DNA of 64,000 nucleotides from the human T2T-CHM13v2.0 reference genome, Homo sapiens: NCBI GenBank assembly GCA_009914755.4, contig CP086569.2, positions 17,696,001 to 17,760,000 of the forward strand, read 5' to 3'. Shown piece by piece: positions 37,611 to 51,159 of this stretch (position 1 is its first letter; each line of letters starts with the position of its first letter). The notes under the pieces were generated by a model. It saw only the letters and a program-made list of their open reading frames with translations, ran no database searches and was not told where the DNA came from. The position numbers and the translations under genes were made by a program.

Positions 37611-39096
37611 TTTAATGATAGCTCAATTTCACAAGACCAGTTAGCAAGACACTTTATATATTTTTCTCTTAAGTCTTCTCTATATGCCCCATTCACAGCT
37701 TCTAAAAATACGGGCATCTGTCTTCTTCCAAATTGCAAAAGGAGAGAAAAGTATATTTTGATCCATGCCCAGAGCAATGGTCTCAGTGCCACATGAAGTC
37801 CTCTGAACACTTGATCTGGACTGATTAATAGGGTGTGAGTTAGTTACTATTCCAGGAAGCACAAACACCAATTTAGTATGTCTAAATACTAAGATCTGAA
37901 TATAAATTCTGCATCAACGGAAGACTCTTCTCAAATTAACTCCCCCCAGTTCTATGAACTCTCATGTTGCACCTGGCTCACCAAACTAAGCTTATTTTCT
38001 TTCCATAAGTTATTGTGTTTGGGATTCACTGTTCCCCTCCGCTAACTGCAGGACTTGATTGAAGACAACAACCTTCAAGTATTTTTGTCCTTGGTCTTCT
38101 AAAACTACATAAGCTTTCTTGCAAAGGTATTTCTTCCAACCTTATGGTCCTCTCAGGTTAAGGCAACCTAGACTACATCATAAGAAGCCCAGATAGTCTC
38201 GTTTTTCTCTCTCCTATGCAATAGATATTCATCCCCTTTTCATTAGTATAACTAAGTGGAGTCATTCAACTATAAATAAGGACAACTTTCCATGTTAAAT
38301 GATTTTGTCTTCTCTCCTATAGACAGGGAAGCAGCTGACAAAAAAAAATTAACCTTACTTCAACATGTACCTATTTCATATTTGCACCTGATTAAATGTA
38401 TGTAATAGTGCAAACACAATAATGCTTTCTAGATCTTCATTCCATTTATCAAGGTAAATATCAGAGGCATTTGTTCCACACAGTGAGAAGAACTGAGACA
38501 TGAGCATGGACAATTGACTTTGTGATCACTGAAAATGTTATAGGCATTGCTTACAAATTCAGAATATGATGAACCACTCAGAAAAGGGAGAATGATTCTT
38601 ATAATGATAATGACCACTAGTTTTGTTATATCTTACATCCAAAAGGATCATAAATTGCTTAACAACTCCACAACTACAAATCAATATGAGAATCATTTTG
38701 TATACAATTAAAATATGTCAGCTGTCTCATGGAGTACGGCAAAATTAATCAACAGTTTAGGGCCGGAATTGGAAAAAAAAAAAGTTAAAGCAAAAATGAC
38801 TGAGATAGGCATGAGGTAATTATACAGTCTGTGAGTAATCCATGCATCTAGGAGGGAGAGTGAAGTTTCCCCCACGTGCTAAGGAAACAGAATTTAATAA
38901 CATAAACACACACGTGCCTGCACACACTCACACATACACACATTTATTCCTTCAGAACTGAGGCTTGAAAATAAACTGAGAACATGAAAAAAAATAAAGT
39001 CATCTTAAATGTATTGGATGGTCCCCATTTCAATCTGTAACTATATTTAGTTTCTCCACCTATTTAAAGACATTATATGTCTATCAGAAGGAAAAC

Positions 39097-39379
39097 CAGG
39101 CTGGGCACAATGGCTCATGCCTGTTATTCCAGCATTTCAGGAGTCCAAGGTGGGCAGATCACTTGCGGCCAGGAGGTCAAGACCAGACTGGCCAACATGG
39201 CAAAACCCCTTCTGTACCAAAAATACAAAAAAAGGTATACAGACATGGTGGCATATGCCTGTAATCCCACATAGTCAGGAGGCTAAGACAGGAAAATCTC
39301 TTGAATCTGGGAGGTGAAACAGAGCTGAGATTGTGCCACGGCACTCCAGCCTGGGCAACAGAGAGAAACTGTGTCTCAA
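39097..39379 (+). mobile_element. Alu, sense
   Basis: ggctgggcacaatggctcatgcctgttattccagcatttcaggagtccaaggtgggcagatcacttgcggccaggaggtcaagaccagactggccaacatggcaaaaccccttctgtaccaaaaatacaaaaaaaggtatacagacatggtggcatatgcctgtaatcccacatagtcaggaggctaagacaggaaaatctcttgaatctgggaggtgaaacagagctgagattgtgccacggcactccagcctgggcaacagagagaaactgtgtctcaaaag. Confidence 0.9.
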
Positions 39380-39672
39380 AAGGAAGAAAGAAAGAAAAGA
39401 AAGAAAGGAAAGAAAGGGAAGAGAGAAAGAGAGAAAGAGAGGAAGAGAGGAAGGGAGGAAGGGAGGAAGGGAGAGAGAGAAAGAGAAAAAGAAAGAGAGA
39501 AAGAGAGAGAAGGAGGGAGGGGAGACAGAGAAGGAAAGGGAGGAAGGAAGGAAGAAAAATAAAAGAAAAAGAAAAAAGAGAAGACAAAACAAGAAAAGAA
39601 AAGAGAGAGGAGAGACTGAGGGAGGGAGGGAAGAACGGAGGGAGGGATTGAGGGACAGAGGAAGGAAGGAAA
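39380..39672. repeat. Purine-rich (GAAA)n/(GGAA)n/(GAGA)n expansion (~290 bp) growing out of the Alu A-tail
   Basis: gaagaaagaaagaaaagaaagaaaggaaagaaagggaagagagaaagagagaaagagaggaagagaggaagggaggaagggagg... The long ORFs 39177-39830(-), 39275-39763(-), 39301-39651(+) and 39333-39689(+) are artefacts of this tract. Confidence 0.95.
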
Positions 39673-40892
39673 ACTGTGCTGATTGGTAAATTAGAATAGA
39701 AAACAAATAGCCAGTACCAGCCACTATTTCTGCAACAACCAGGATATAGACAGTTGATATCATAATCCCACTCAGTAAACCATTGTTCTTTTGGAGGAGG
39801 AGAGATTAAATTATTTTGGTTTGGTAACATAATTTAGTTCACCTTCTCCACTCTTTGCTCACAAAAACAAACAGAAAACCTAAATTATCATTTTGCTTGC
39901 CATGTAGGTCTACACACATGGATAGAGAATACACTAGTTTTATATATCTCTTAATAACCTAGCTTCAGTGAGATATGTACGTTGTAAATTAATAATGTGA
40001 TGTGCTAGTATTGTCAGTCTTGAATTTGGGTTGTTTTGCATCTCCTGCCTCTGAGCAACAAATCAACTCACCATGCATTCATAAGCTCAAGTTTCTGAAT
40101 CTTCATTTTTAAGATACAGAACCTGGAAGGTCACAAAATCATCTCTTAGGACATGTCTAATAAACAAGGAAAATGTTAACAAAGTATGTATATATTTGTT
40201 TGTGCAGTAAAAACAACCTACATGATACATTTAATAAGTGTTATTATAGTGCTAGGCTCTCCAAGAATGAAGTCCACCTGCCCAAAATGAGATTGAAATT
40301 TGATAAGTGTTTAAACTGTGTTTAGGCTAGAAAATTCCCTACAATTTTTGATATAAGCATTACATTCCAAATTTTATGCACACACATAAACTCAGAAAAT
40401 GTGTAATTTTAAAATACACCTAAGTAATTCAATGGGGAAAATAAAATGCATTGATTTATGCTGATGAGGATTTCTTAAGAAACATTTTTCTCTGTAGATA
40501 TATACTCAACACTGCTAATTGTTTAATAAGGACAATTTCTTCACATATCATGAGGTACTTGTATGTAATTTCTTGTCCTAATCATTACAAAGTTGTGCAC
40601 TAGCTGTGAAGTTCTCTAATTTCCCCACACCAAATAGCAATTGTTAGACTTATCTATCAAATACCTTTAACTACTGCCTTTATCTATTTTCTGTCATCAA
40701 ACTATTGCTATTTCCCCATAATTATAGCTTTCTTTTTATTATTGCTTTTTTAAAATCATTTGTTTTCTCATAGCCGTTGCTTGGTGCCTTTGCAGAAAAT
40801 AAATAGACTATACTTAGGTGGGTCGATATCTATACTTTCTATGCAAATGTCATATTTTTATTGCTTACACTAGTTTATTATGGTTGTTTTAG

Positions 40893-41005
40893 AGATGAGG
40901 TCTTGCTATGTTGCCCAGGTTAGACTCCAGTTCCTGGAGTCAAGTGATCCTCCTGCCTCAGCCTCCAGAGAACCTGGGACTACAGGTACATGCCACCAAG
41001 TGCAG
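40893..41005 (-). mobile_element. Alu monomer-like fragment (antisense)
   Basis: gagatgaggtcttgctatgttgcccaggttagactccagttcctggagtcaagtgatcctcctgcctcagcctccagagaacctgggactacaggtacatgccaccaagtgcagc. Confidence 0.65.
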
Positions 41006-41689
41006 CTCATTTACTCTAATATTAAAGTAAGTAATAAAATTAGGTAAAGTCCTCTAACTTCACTCTTTCAAAACTTGTCTTAGCTGTTCTAGATGCTCCG
41101 ACCCCAAGAAAAGTCCTGCTTTAAAAAAAATCCTGACTTTCATTTGGATTAAGCTGAAGGTACAGATCAATTTTACAAAATTGGAAATTATTACACTACT
41201 GAGTCTTCCAGACTACAAACATGTGACTTATCTGTTTATTCAGGTTTTTTGATATCCTTCCATCAAGGATATATATTTTTTTGATATAGAGACTTGCATG
41301 TTTTCTTTAGATTTAGTCCCAAGAATTTTATGGATTGTATAGTCCTGTAAACAATTCCATTTTTCATTTTGATTTTCTACTTGTGTATATGCATGCATAA
41401 AGGTAATCCACCAGAAGGTATGATTTTGAGTTCTTTTTTATTATACAGTCTCTTTATCATATATAGGAGGGTTACTTATTTTTCTAATGTGCTGAGAGCT
41501 TTTATCATGAAGATAGGAAGATTTTTGTCAAATGCTTTCTCTTTTACATCTGAGATGAGTGTACATTGTTTCTTCAATTAATGAGGTATATGAGATGTAC
41601 ATTTATTCATTGAAAAATGTGAATGCTCAGTGATTTAACTAATTCACATTTATTGATATCTATGTAGAATAATTTCTACCAAGAATTTT

Positions 41690-41780
41690 GTTTTCTAATT
41701 TAACTTTATTATAATTAACTAATTATAATTACTATAACTAATAATTAACTTTATTATAATTAACTATTATAATAGAAATA
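41690..41780. repeat. AT-rich tandem repeat (units like ttataattaactaat / taactttattataattaac)
   Basis: taactttattataattaactaattataattactataactaataattaactttattataattaactattataat. Confidence 0.75.
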
Positions 41781-41865
41781 TTAGTTAAATCCTGGGGGGA
41801 ATTTCTGTTACTTCTGTCAGCGTAACTTTGAAAACTAGATTAAAGTCTTTAAATACAAATGGTTT

Positions 41866-42334
41866 TGAGAGGAGAGAAAGACCCTCTCGCATTGTTTTAT
41901 ATTGTTTCATATTCAGTAAAAACAACAGGGAAGTAAAACCAAAGACAGGCAGCCCAGTGCCAGGCCCGAAACCAGGCCTGGGCCCACCTGGCCTAAACCC
42001 AGTAGTTAAAAATCAACTTATGATTTAGAAGCTGGTGTTATTCATAAATTCCTTACACTGTGTAAAAGAACATTGTGAGACTCCCTGCCCTGTTCTCTTC
42101 CTCCCTGACCACCAGTGCATGCAGCCCCTGTCACGTACCCCTTGCTTGCTCAAATCAATCACGACCCTTTCATGTGAAATCTTTAGTGTTGTGAGCCCTT
42201 AAAATGGACAGAAATTGTGCACTCAGGGAGCTTGGATTTTAAGGCAGTAGCTTGCTGATGCTCACAGCTGAATAAAGTCCTCCCTTCTACAGCTCAGTGT
42301 CTGAGAGGTTTTGTCTGCGGCTGGTCCGGCTACA
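41866..42334 (+). mobile_element. 5' LTR of the provirus (TG...CA), includes AATAAA at 42271-42276
   Basis: tgagaggagagaaagaccctctcgcattgttttatattg...gctgaataaagtcctcccttctacagctcagtgtctgagaggttttgtctgcggctggtccggctaca is about 94% identical to 50619-51086. Confidence 0.92.
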
Positions 42335-42338
42335 TTTC

Positions 42339-42360
42339 TGGCTTTCCTGACCAAGAGGGA
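42339..42360 (+). promoter_or_regulatory. Candidate primer-binding site, tRNA-Glu-like (degenerate), 4 nt downstream of the 5' LTR
   Basis: TGGCTTTCCTGACCAAGAGGGAAAT compared with the complement of the tRNA-Glu 3' end, TGGTTCCCTGACCGGGAATCGAA (recalled from memory). The TGG..CCTGACC and GGGAAT blocks are shared, with a 4-nt insertion. Confidence 0.3.
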
Positions 42361-42600
42361 AATAAGGTAATTGATGGACAGCCAAGGCAGCCCCTTAGGC
42401 AGCTTAGGCCTGCCCTGTGGAGCCTCCCTGCGGGGGACTCCGGCCAGCCTGAGTGACTCGATCCAAAAAGCTCTCCCAGGTAGGAAATTGCCCCAGTGGA
42501 ATGCCTCACCAGAGCAGCACATAGCAGGCACCCACAGAGGATTAACACAGTGGCTGAACACCAGGAAGGAAGTGGCAGTTGGAGTCTGGATATCTAAAAC

Positions 42601-42828
42601 TTGGTAAGACTAGTTTTTTGAACTTGCCCCACTCCACCTGAGTGGAAGCGTGGCCTGACCACCAACAGAATGCCTGTATTGGCACCTTTGTTTCGGTTTT
42701 GACTTGGCTTGACTTGGTGAGACTAGTCTTTTGAACTTGCCCCACTCCACCTGAGTGGAAGCATGGCCTGATCACCCATGGTGTGCCTGTACTGGCACCT
42801 TTGTTCTGGTTTTGACTTGACTTGAATT
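42601..42828 (+). repeat. Tandem duplication of a ~114 bp unit in the proviral 5' leader (2 copies, about 88% identical)
   Basis: ttggtaagactagttttttgaacttgccccactccacctgagtggaagcgtggcctgaccaccaacagaatgcctgtattggcacctttgtttcggttttgacttggcttgac, then ttggtgagactagtcttttgaacttgccccactccacctgagtggaagcatggcctgatcacccatggtgtgcctgtactggcacctttgttctggttttgacttgacttgaa. Confidence 0.9.
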
Positions 42829-42992
42829 GCTGGATACTTTGGTTTCAGTTTTTGACCTGGCTTAGATTTCTAGATACTCTGATTTTAGTTTTGATTTTGG
42901 TTTGATGTAAACTGCAAAAGTGTGTGTGTGCCCCTTTTACCTGTTCTTGTTTTATGGTGTGTGTGTGTGGTGTGAGTGTGATGTTTTGTCTC

Positions 42993-43044
42993 AAAACAAA
43001 AACAAAACAAAACAAAACAAAACAAAACAAAACAAAAAAAAAAC
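42993..43044 (+). repeat. (CAAAA)n microsatellite immediately abutting the gag start
   Basis: caaaacaaaaacaaaacaaaacaaaacaaaacaaaacaaaaaaaaaac. Confidence 0.9.
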
Positions 43045-44581
43045 ATAGGTCAGGCGCAAAGTAAGCCCACCCCACTGGGAACTACGTTAAAAAAATTTCA
43101 AGGAGGATTTAATAAAGACTATGGAGTCTCTATGACTCCAAGAAAACTTAAAACTTTGTGTGAAATAGACTGGCCAGCATTAGATGTAGGTTGGCTATCA
43201 GAAGGAAGCCCAGATAGGTCTTTAGTTTCTAAGGTATGGCACAAAGTAACTGGCAAGCCGGGACACCCAGATCAATTTCCATATATAGATTCCTGGTTAC
43301 AGCTAGTATTAGATCTTCCACAGTGGTTAAGGGGACAGACAGGCAGCAGCAGTACTAGCAGCAAAAGGACAGTTAGTTAAGGAAGGTTCTTACTCCACTG
43401 GCCAAAAGAAACCAGCACATAAAATTCTGTTTGACCCAGAGTCCGAGGACTCAGGGCAGGAGATGGCACCAACAGTGTCCCACCCCACTTATCAAGCCAG
43501 GAGCCCCCCTTCTCCTAGGCTCACAGCCCCTAGATCACCAAGAGTAGACAAGAAAGAAAGTGAAGCTGCAGGAAAAACTCCTCCCCTGGTGGCCCGCTTA
43601 TGGCCCAAGACTGGAATTCAAATGCCTCTGAAAGAGCAGTGATATACTAGGATAGAGGAGAATGGACACATGGTGGAAAGGCATGCCTTTGTGTATCACC
43701 CTTTTACCTCTGCTGATCTTCTCAATTGGAAAAATAATACTCTATCTTACACTGAAAAGCCTCAAGCCCTAATTAACTTGCTTCAAATAATTATCCAGAC
43801 TCATAATCCTATTTGGGCTGATTGCCACCAGCTACTCATGTACCTCTTTAACACAGATGAAAGGCGAAAGGTAATGGCTAGAGGAGCACATCCCAGCCAA
43901 TTACCAAAATCCCCAGGAATATATAAGAATTCAGCTGCCAGGAACGGACCCTCAATAGGATCCAAATGAAGGACTAGATATGGAGAGGCTACGATGGTAC
44001 TGAGAGACATTAATTGAAAGGTTGAAAAAAGGGGCTGAAAAGGTTGCCTATGTAAATAAAGTTTCTGAAGTCATCCAAGGAAAGGAGGAAAGCCCAGCCC
44101 AGTCCTATGAAAGACAGTATGAGGCCTATCTTATGTACACTCCTTTCGATCTGGAGAGTCCTGAGAATCAGAGTATGATGAATATGGCCTTAGTTAGTCA
44201 CAGCATGGAATATATCCAGAGAAAATTGCAAAAACAGTTAAGTTTTCAAGAATGAATACCTCGCAGTTACTGGAAATAGCTAATCAAGTATTTGTAAACA
44301 GAGATACAACAAGCCACCGAGAAAGCCTTAAGGAAGGCGAACGCCAGGCCAGGCAAAACGCTGGTTTGCTGCCGGTGGCATTTAGAGGAATTCCCCCGAA
44401 AAGGCAGAGAAAGAGGGGTTCCAGGAGGAATGCCCAGTCCAATCACTCACGTCTGCAGCATGACCAATATGCCTACTGTAAAGAAATAGGACATTGGAAA
44501 GATAAATGTCCCCAACTAAAACACAGAGTGATGCAGAACAAAAAACCTCAAACCAAGATGAAAGAACTTTGTTCAATCTAG
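43045..44581 (+). pseudogene. gag pseudogene (MA-p12-CA-NC), gammaretroviral type; start codon ATA, 3 or more frameshifts, terminator TAG at 44579
   Basis: The frame-1 read-through from 43045 gives IGQAQSKPTPLGTTLKKFQGGFNKDYGVSMTPRKLKTLCEIDWPALDVGWLSEGS...GHPDQFPYIDSW, cf. MLV MGQTVTTPLSLTLGHW...CSAEWPTFNVGWPRDGTF...GHPDQVPYIVTW. CA: FVYHPFTSADLLNWKNNTLSYTEKPQALINLLQIIIQTHNPIWADCHQLL, cf. MLV [67 protein letters not shown], cf. DQCAYCKEKGHWAKDCP. Confidence 0.9.
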
Positions 44582-44589
44582 CTGAGGGG

Positions 44590-47500
44590 CTGCTAGAATG
44601 AAGGGGACTGGGCTCAAATACCCGCAAGAAGCGCATAGTCAGGACAACAATAGGGCGCAAGGACATTAAGTTTTTGGTTGATACCAGAGCTGAACACTCA
44701 GTAGTAACCACTCCAGTTGGCCCCCTTATCTAAAAAGACCATTGATATAATTGGAGCAACAGGAGTCTTTGCCAAGCAGGCTTTCTGCCTACTGCAGACC
44801 TGCTCGGTGGGAGGACACAATGTGATTCATCAATTTCTGTAAATGCCTGACTGCCCCTTGCCTTTGTTCGGAAAAGACTTGCTTAGCAAGCTGAAAGCCA
44901 CCATTTCCTTTACTAAACAAGGCTCTTTACAGCTGGAGTTGCCAGAAACAGGAGACATTATGGCCCTTACAATCCCCCAGGAAGAAAAGTAGAGACTTTT
45001 TCTAACTGAGTCAGGTCAGGAAATAAAACTGGCTGTAGCTAAGAGATGGCCTCGAGTATAGGCAGAGGACAATCCAGGACTGGCTATCAATCAAGCCCCT
45101 GTACTCATAGAAGTTTAGCCTAAGACCCAGCCAATCAGACAAAAGCAGTATCCTGTTCCCTGGGAAGCTCTTAAAGGAATACAAACTAATCTTAAATGCT
45201 TAAAAGCCTTTGGAATTATAGTTCCTTGTCATTCTCCATGGAACACCCCTGTGCTACCTGTCTCTAAACCAGGGATGAAAGACTATCGATCCGTACAGGA
45301 CTTACGCTTAGTAAACTAAGTCACAGTGACTCTGCACCCAACAATTCCTAACCCTTACACATTGCTAGGATTGCTGCCAGCTGAGGATGGTGGTTTACTT
45401 GCCTGGACTTGAAAGATGCTTTCTTTAGCATCAGGCTAGCTCCTGAGAGCCAAAAGCTGTTTATCTTTCAGTAGGAAGATGTGGAGTCAGGTGTCACCAC
45501 TCAATACACTTGGACTCGGCTTCCCCAACGGTTCAAAAATTCCCCCACCATCTTCAGGGAGGCATTGCCTCGAAACCTCCAAAAGTTTCCTGCTAAAGAC
45601 CTAGGCTGCATCTTACTCCAGTACATAGACAACCTTCTGCTAGGATACTCCACAGCAGTCGGGTGTGCAAGAAGGATGGATGCCTTGCTTCGACACCTGG
45701 AGGACTGTGGGTATAAGGTGTCCAAGAAGAAAGCTCAGATCTGCAGACAGCAGGTACACTACCTGAGATTCACTATTTGAAAAGGGAAGTGCAGCCTAAG
45801 GTCAGAAAGAAGGCTGGTCATCTGCAGCCTACCGGAACCTAAATCCAGGGGGCAAGTAAGAGAATTTCTAAGAGCTGTGAGGTTTTACAGATGGTAGATT
45901 CCAAACTTGGCGGTGCTAGCCAAACCATTGTATAGGGTTACAAAGGAAGGTGACAGAGAGCCTTTTGAATGGAGGCCTCTACAACAGCAAGTCTTTAATA
46001 AGTTAAAGGAAAACCTTATGTCAGCCCCAGCTTTAAGATTACCAGATTTGACAAAGCTCTTCACACTCTGTGTGTCAGAAAGAGAAAACATGGCAGTAGG
46101 AGTTTTAACTCAAACTGTAGGTTCCTGGCCAAGACCAGTGGCCTGCCTCTCAAAACAGCTAGATGGGGTTTCTAAAGGCTGGCATCCATGTCTGAGAGCC
46201 TTGGTGGCAATGGTCCTGTTAGCACAAGAAGCGGATAAGCTAACCCTTAGACAGAACCTAAATATAAAAGCCCCCCATGTGGTGGTAACTCTAATGAACA
46301 CCAAACGACACCATTGGCTAACAAATGCTAGATTAACTAAATAGCAAAGCTTGTTATGTGAGAACCCCGCATAACCATAGAAGTCTGTAACACTTTAAAT
46401 CCTGCCACTTTGCTCCCAGTATTTGACAGCTCTGTTAAACATAACTGTGTAGAGGTGTTAGATTCTGTCTATTCTAGCAGACCAGATCTTTGAGACCAGC
46501 CATAGGCATTGGTATATTAGGAGTTATATGTGGACAGGAGCAGCTTCATCAACCCACAAGGAGAAAGGTGCACAGGATATGTGGTAGTAACCTTAGGTGA
46601 TGTTGTTGAAGCTAAGCCATTGCCTCAGGGCACTTTGGCCTAAAAGACAGAACTCTTTGCTCTAACTCAGGCTCCAGAACTCAGTGAAGGTAAGACTGTA
46701 AACATCTATACTGATTCTCGATATGCCTTTCTAACCCTTCAAGTACGTGGAGCATTGTATAGAGAAAAAGGCCTGTTAAATTCTGGAAGAAAAGACATAA
46801 AATATCAACAAGAAATTCTACAATTATTAGAAGCAGTGTAGAAACCCCAAAGTGTGGCAGTGATGCATTGTAAGGGACATCAGAGACTTTACACCTCGGT
46901 GAGCCAAGAAAACTCCCAAGCAGACACAGAGGCATGAAAAGCAGCATCTACTACTTACCGGGCATCAGTCACAGCCCTGCTCCTCCTTCAAATGCTTGAT
47001 CTGGTGCCAACTTATTCTAAACAGGAACAAAATTTTTTTTCAGACAGAGGGAGAACAAACAATAAGAGAAAGATGGATAAAGTTATCAGATGGAAGAATA
47101 GCTGTGCCACAGCTGCTAGGAGCTGCAGTTGTGCTTGCTGTACATAAAACTATCCATTTAGGCCAAGAATCACTTGAAAAACTGTTAGGCCAGTATTTCT
47201 ACATCTCACACTTGCCAGCTCTTGCTAAAACAGTAGCACAGCAATGTGTTACCTGTCAACAACGCCATGCAAAGCAAGGCCCCTCTGTTCCTCCTGGCAT
47301 ACAAGCCTATAGAGTGGCTTCTTTTGAAAATCTTCAAGTAGACTTCACAGAGATGCCTAAATGTGGAGGTAACAAGTATGTACTGGTTCTAATGTGTACT
47401 TATTCTAGGTAAGTGGAGGCTTATCCTACACAAACTGAAAAAGCTCACGAAGTAACCCATGTGCTTCTTCAAGATCTCATCCCTAGGTTTAGACTGCCTC

Positions 47501-48120
47501 TATGAATTGGCTCACATAATAGGTCAACATTTGTAGCTGACTTGGTACAGAAAACAGCAAAGGTATTAAGAATCTCAAAGAAGTTACATGCCGCTTACCA
47601 ACCACAGAGATCCGGAAAGGTAGAGTGAAAGAATTGAACTATCAAACTTAGTTTAAGGAAAGTATGTCAGGAGATGGGATTCAAATAGATACAAGTCCTT
47701 CCTATAGTATTGTTTAAAATTAGGTGTACCTCCTCTAAGAGAACAGGATACTCCCCCTGTGAAATTCGGTATCATAGGCCTCCTCCCATACCGTGAGGAC
47801 TTCCAGGTACCCCCCAAGAGTTAGGTGAGATTGAATGACAGTAGCAGCTACAGGACTTAAGGAAAATTTCTCAGACTATCTCAACTTAAATAAATGAGAG
47901 GTGCCTAGTCAGCTTATTCTCCCCCATTCACCTTTTTTCTCCACGTGACCATGTGTAGATCAAGGACTAGAACGTGGCTCCACTGTGGCCTTGGTAGAAG
48001 GGACCCCAGATCATTATCCTGACCACTCCCACAGCTATAAAGGTAGAAGGAATCCCAAACTAGATTCACACAGCTGCGTGAAGCCTGCAACCGCTAAGAC
48101 CTAGGAGGCCAGACCAAGCC
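44590..48120 (+). pseudogene. pro-pol pseudogene (protease, reverse transcriptase, RNase H, integrase), multiple frameshifts and stops
   Basis: PR: IKFLVDTRAEHSVVT (active site DTG reads DTR), 44668-44712. RT: LDLKDAFFSIRLAPESQKLFIF..TWTRLPQRFKNSPTIFREAL...ILLQYIDNLLLG (YVDD reads YIDN) ...KAQICRQQVHYL...REFLRAVRFYR..LTKLFTLCVSERENMAVGVLTQTVGSWPRPVACLSKQLDGVSKGWHPCLRALVAMVLL (ORFs 45481-45780 and 45907-46344). RNase H: IYTDSRYAF (~46700). IN: zinc-binding region and DDE core, CVTCQQRHAK...VDFTEMPKCGGNKYVLVLM (ORF 46996-47412), then VEAYPTQTEKAHEV..IPRFRLP..AAYQPQRSGKVE. Confidence 0.88.
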
Positions 48121-48195
48121 TGGACAATATCTGCAAAGTGACCTTGAAGACAACAAGAAGCCCTGCTTCAGTCACACCTGGAAGCTGACTGGTCT

Positions 48196-50586
<2,391 letters not shown>

Positions 50587-50606
50587 TAAAAATTAGTGAA
50601 AGTCTC

Positions 50607-50618
50607 AAAGAGGGGAAA
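50607..50618 (+). promoter_or_regulatory. Polypurine tract immediately upstream of the 3' LTR
   Basis: AAAGAGGGGAAA followed by the TGAGAAGAGAG LTR start. Confidence 0.6.
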
Positions 50619-51086
50619 TGAGAAGAGAGAAAGACCCTCTTGCATTGTTTTATATTGTTTCATATTCAGTAAAAACAACAAGGAAGTAAAACCAAAGACC
50701 CGCAGCCCAGTGACCGCCCGAAACCAGGCCTGGGCCCACCTGGCCTAAACCCAGTAGTTAAAAATCAACTTATGATTTAGAAGCTGATGTTATTCATAAA
50801 TTCCTTACATTGTGTAAAAGAACATTGTGAGACTCCCTGCCCTGTTCTGATCCTCCCTGACCACCAGTGCAAGCAGCCCCTGTCATGTACCCCTTGCTTG
50901 CTCAAATCAATCACGACCCTTTCATGTGAAATCTTTAGTGTTGTGAGTCCTTAAAAAGGACAGAAATTGTGCACTCAGGGAGCTTGGATTTTAAGGCAGT
51001 AGCTTGCTGATGCTCCCAGCTGAATAAAGCCCTTCCTTCTACAACTAGGTGTCTGAGAAGTTTTGTCTGCAGCTCATCCTGCTACA
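50619..51086 (+). mobile_element. 3' LTR of the provirus; AATAAA at 51023-51028
   Basis: tgagaagagagaaagaccctcttgcattgttttatattg...gctgaataaagcccttccttctacaactaggtgtctgagaagttttgtctgcagctcatcctgctaca. Confidence 0.92.
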
Positions 51087-51159
51087 GTATGTTTGAAAGG
51101 ATTACAATAGCTCAACAATAAAAATAATTACCTCTATTCTATTCTAAGAGAAAAATCAG

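Noticed and set aside
39177-39830. Long ORFs (up to 217 aa) on both strands at 39177-39830, and likewise at 51287-51823, 12375-12861 and 11133-11568
   Set aside because: They translate pure microsatellite or low-complexity DNA (GGAA/GAAA, GATA/GGAT, CT-rich). They give poly-S/L/F or poly-E/K/R/G strings, overlap each other on both strands, and have no start or stop context. These are translation artefacts, not genes.
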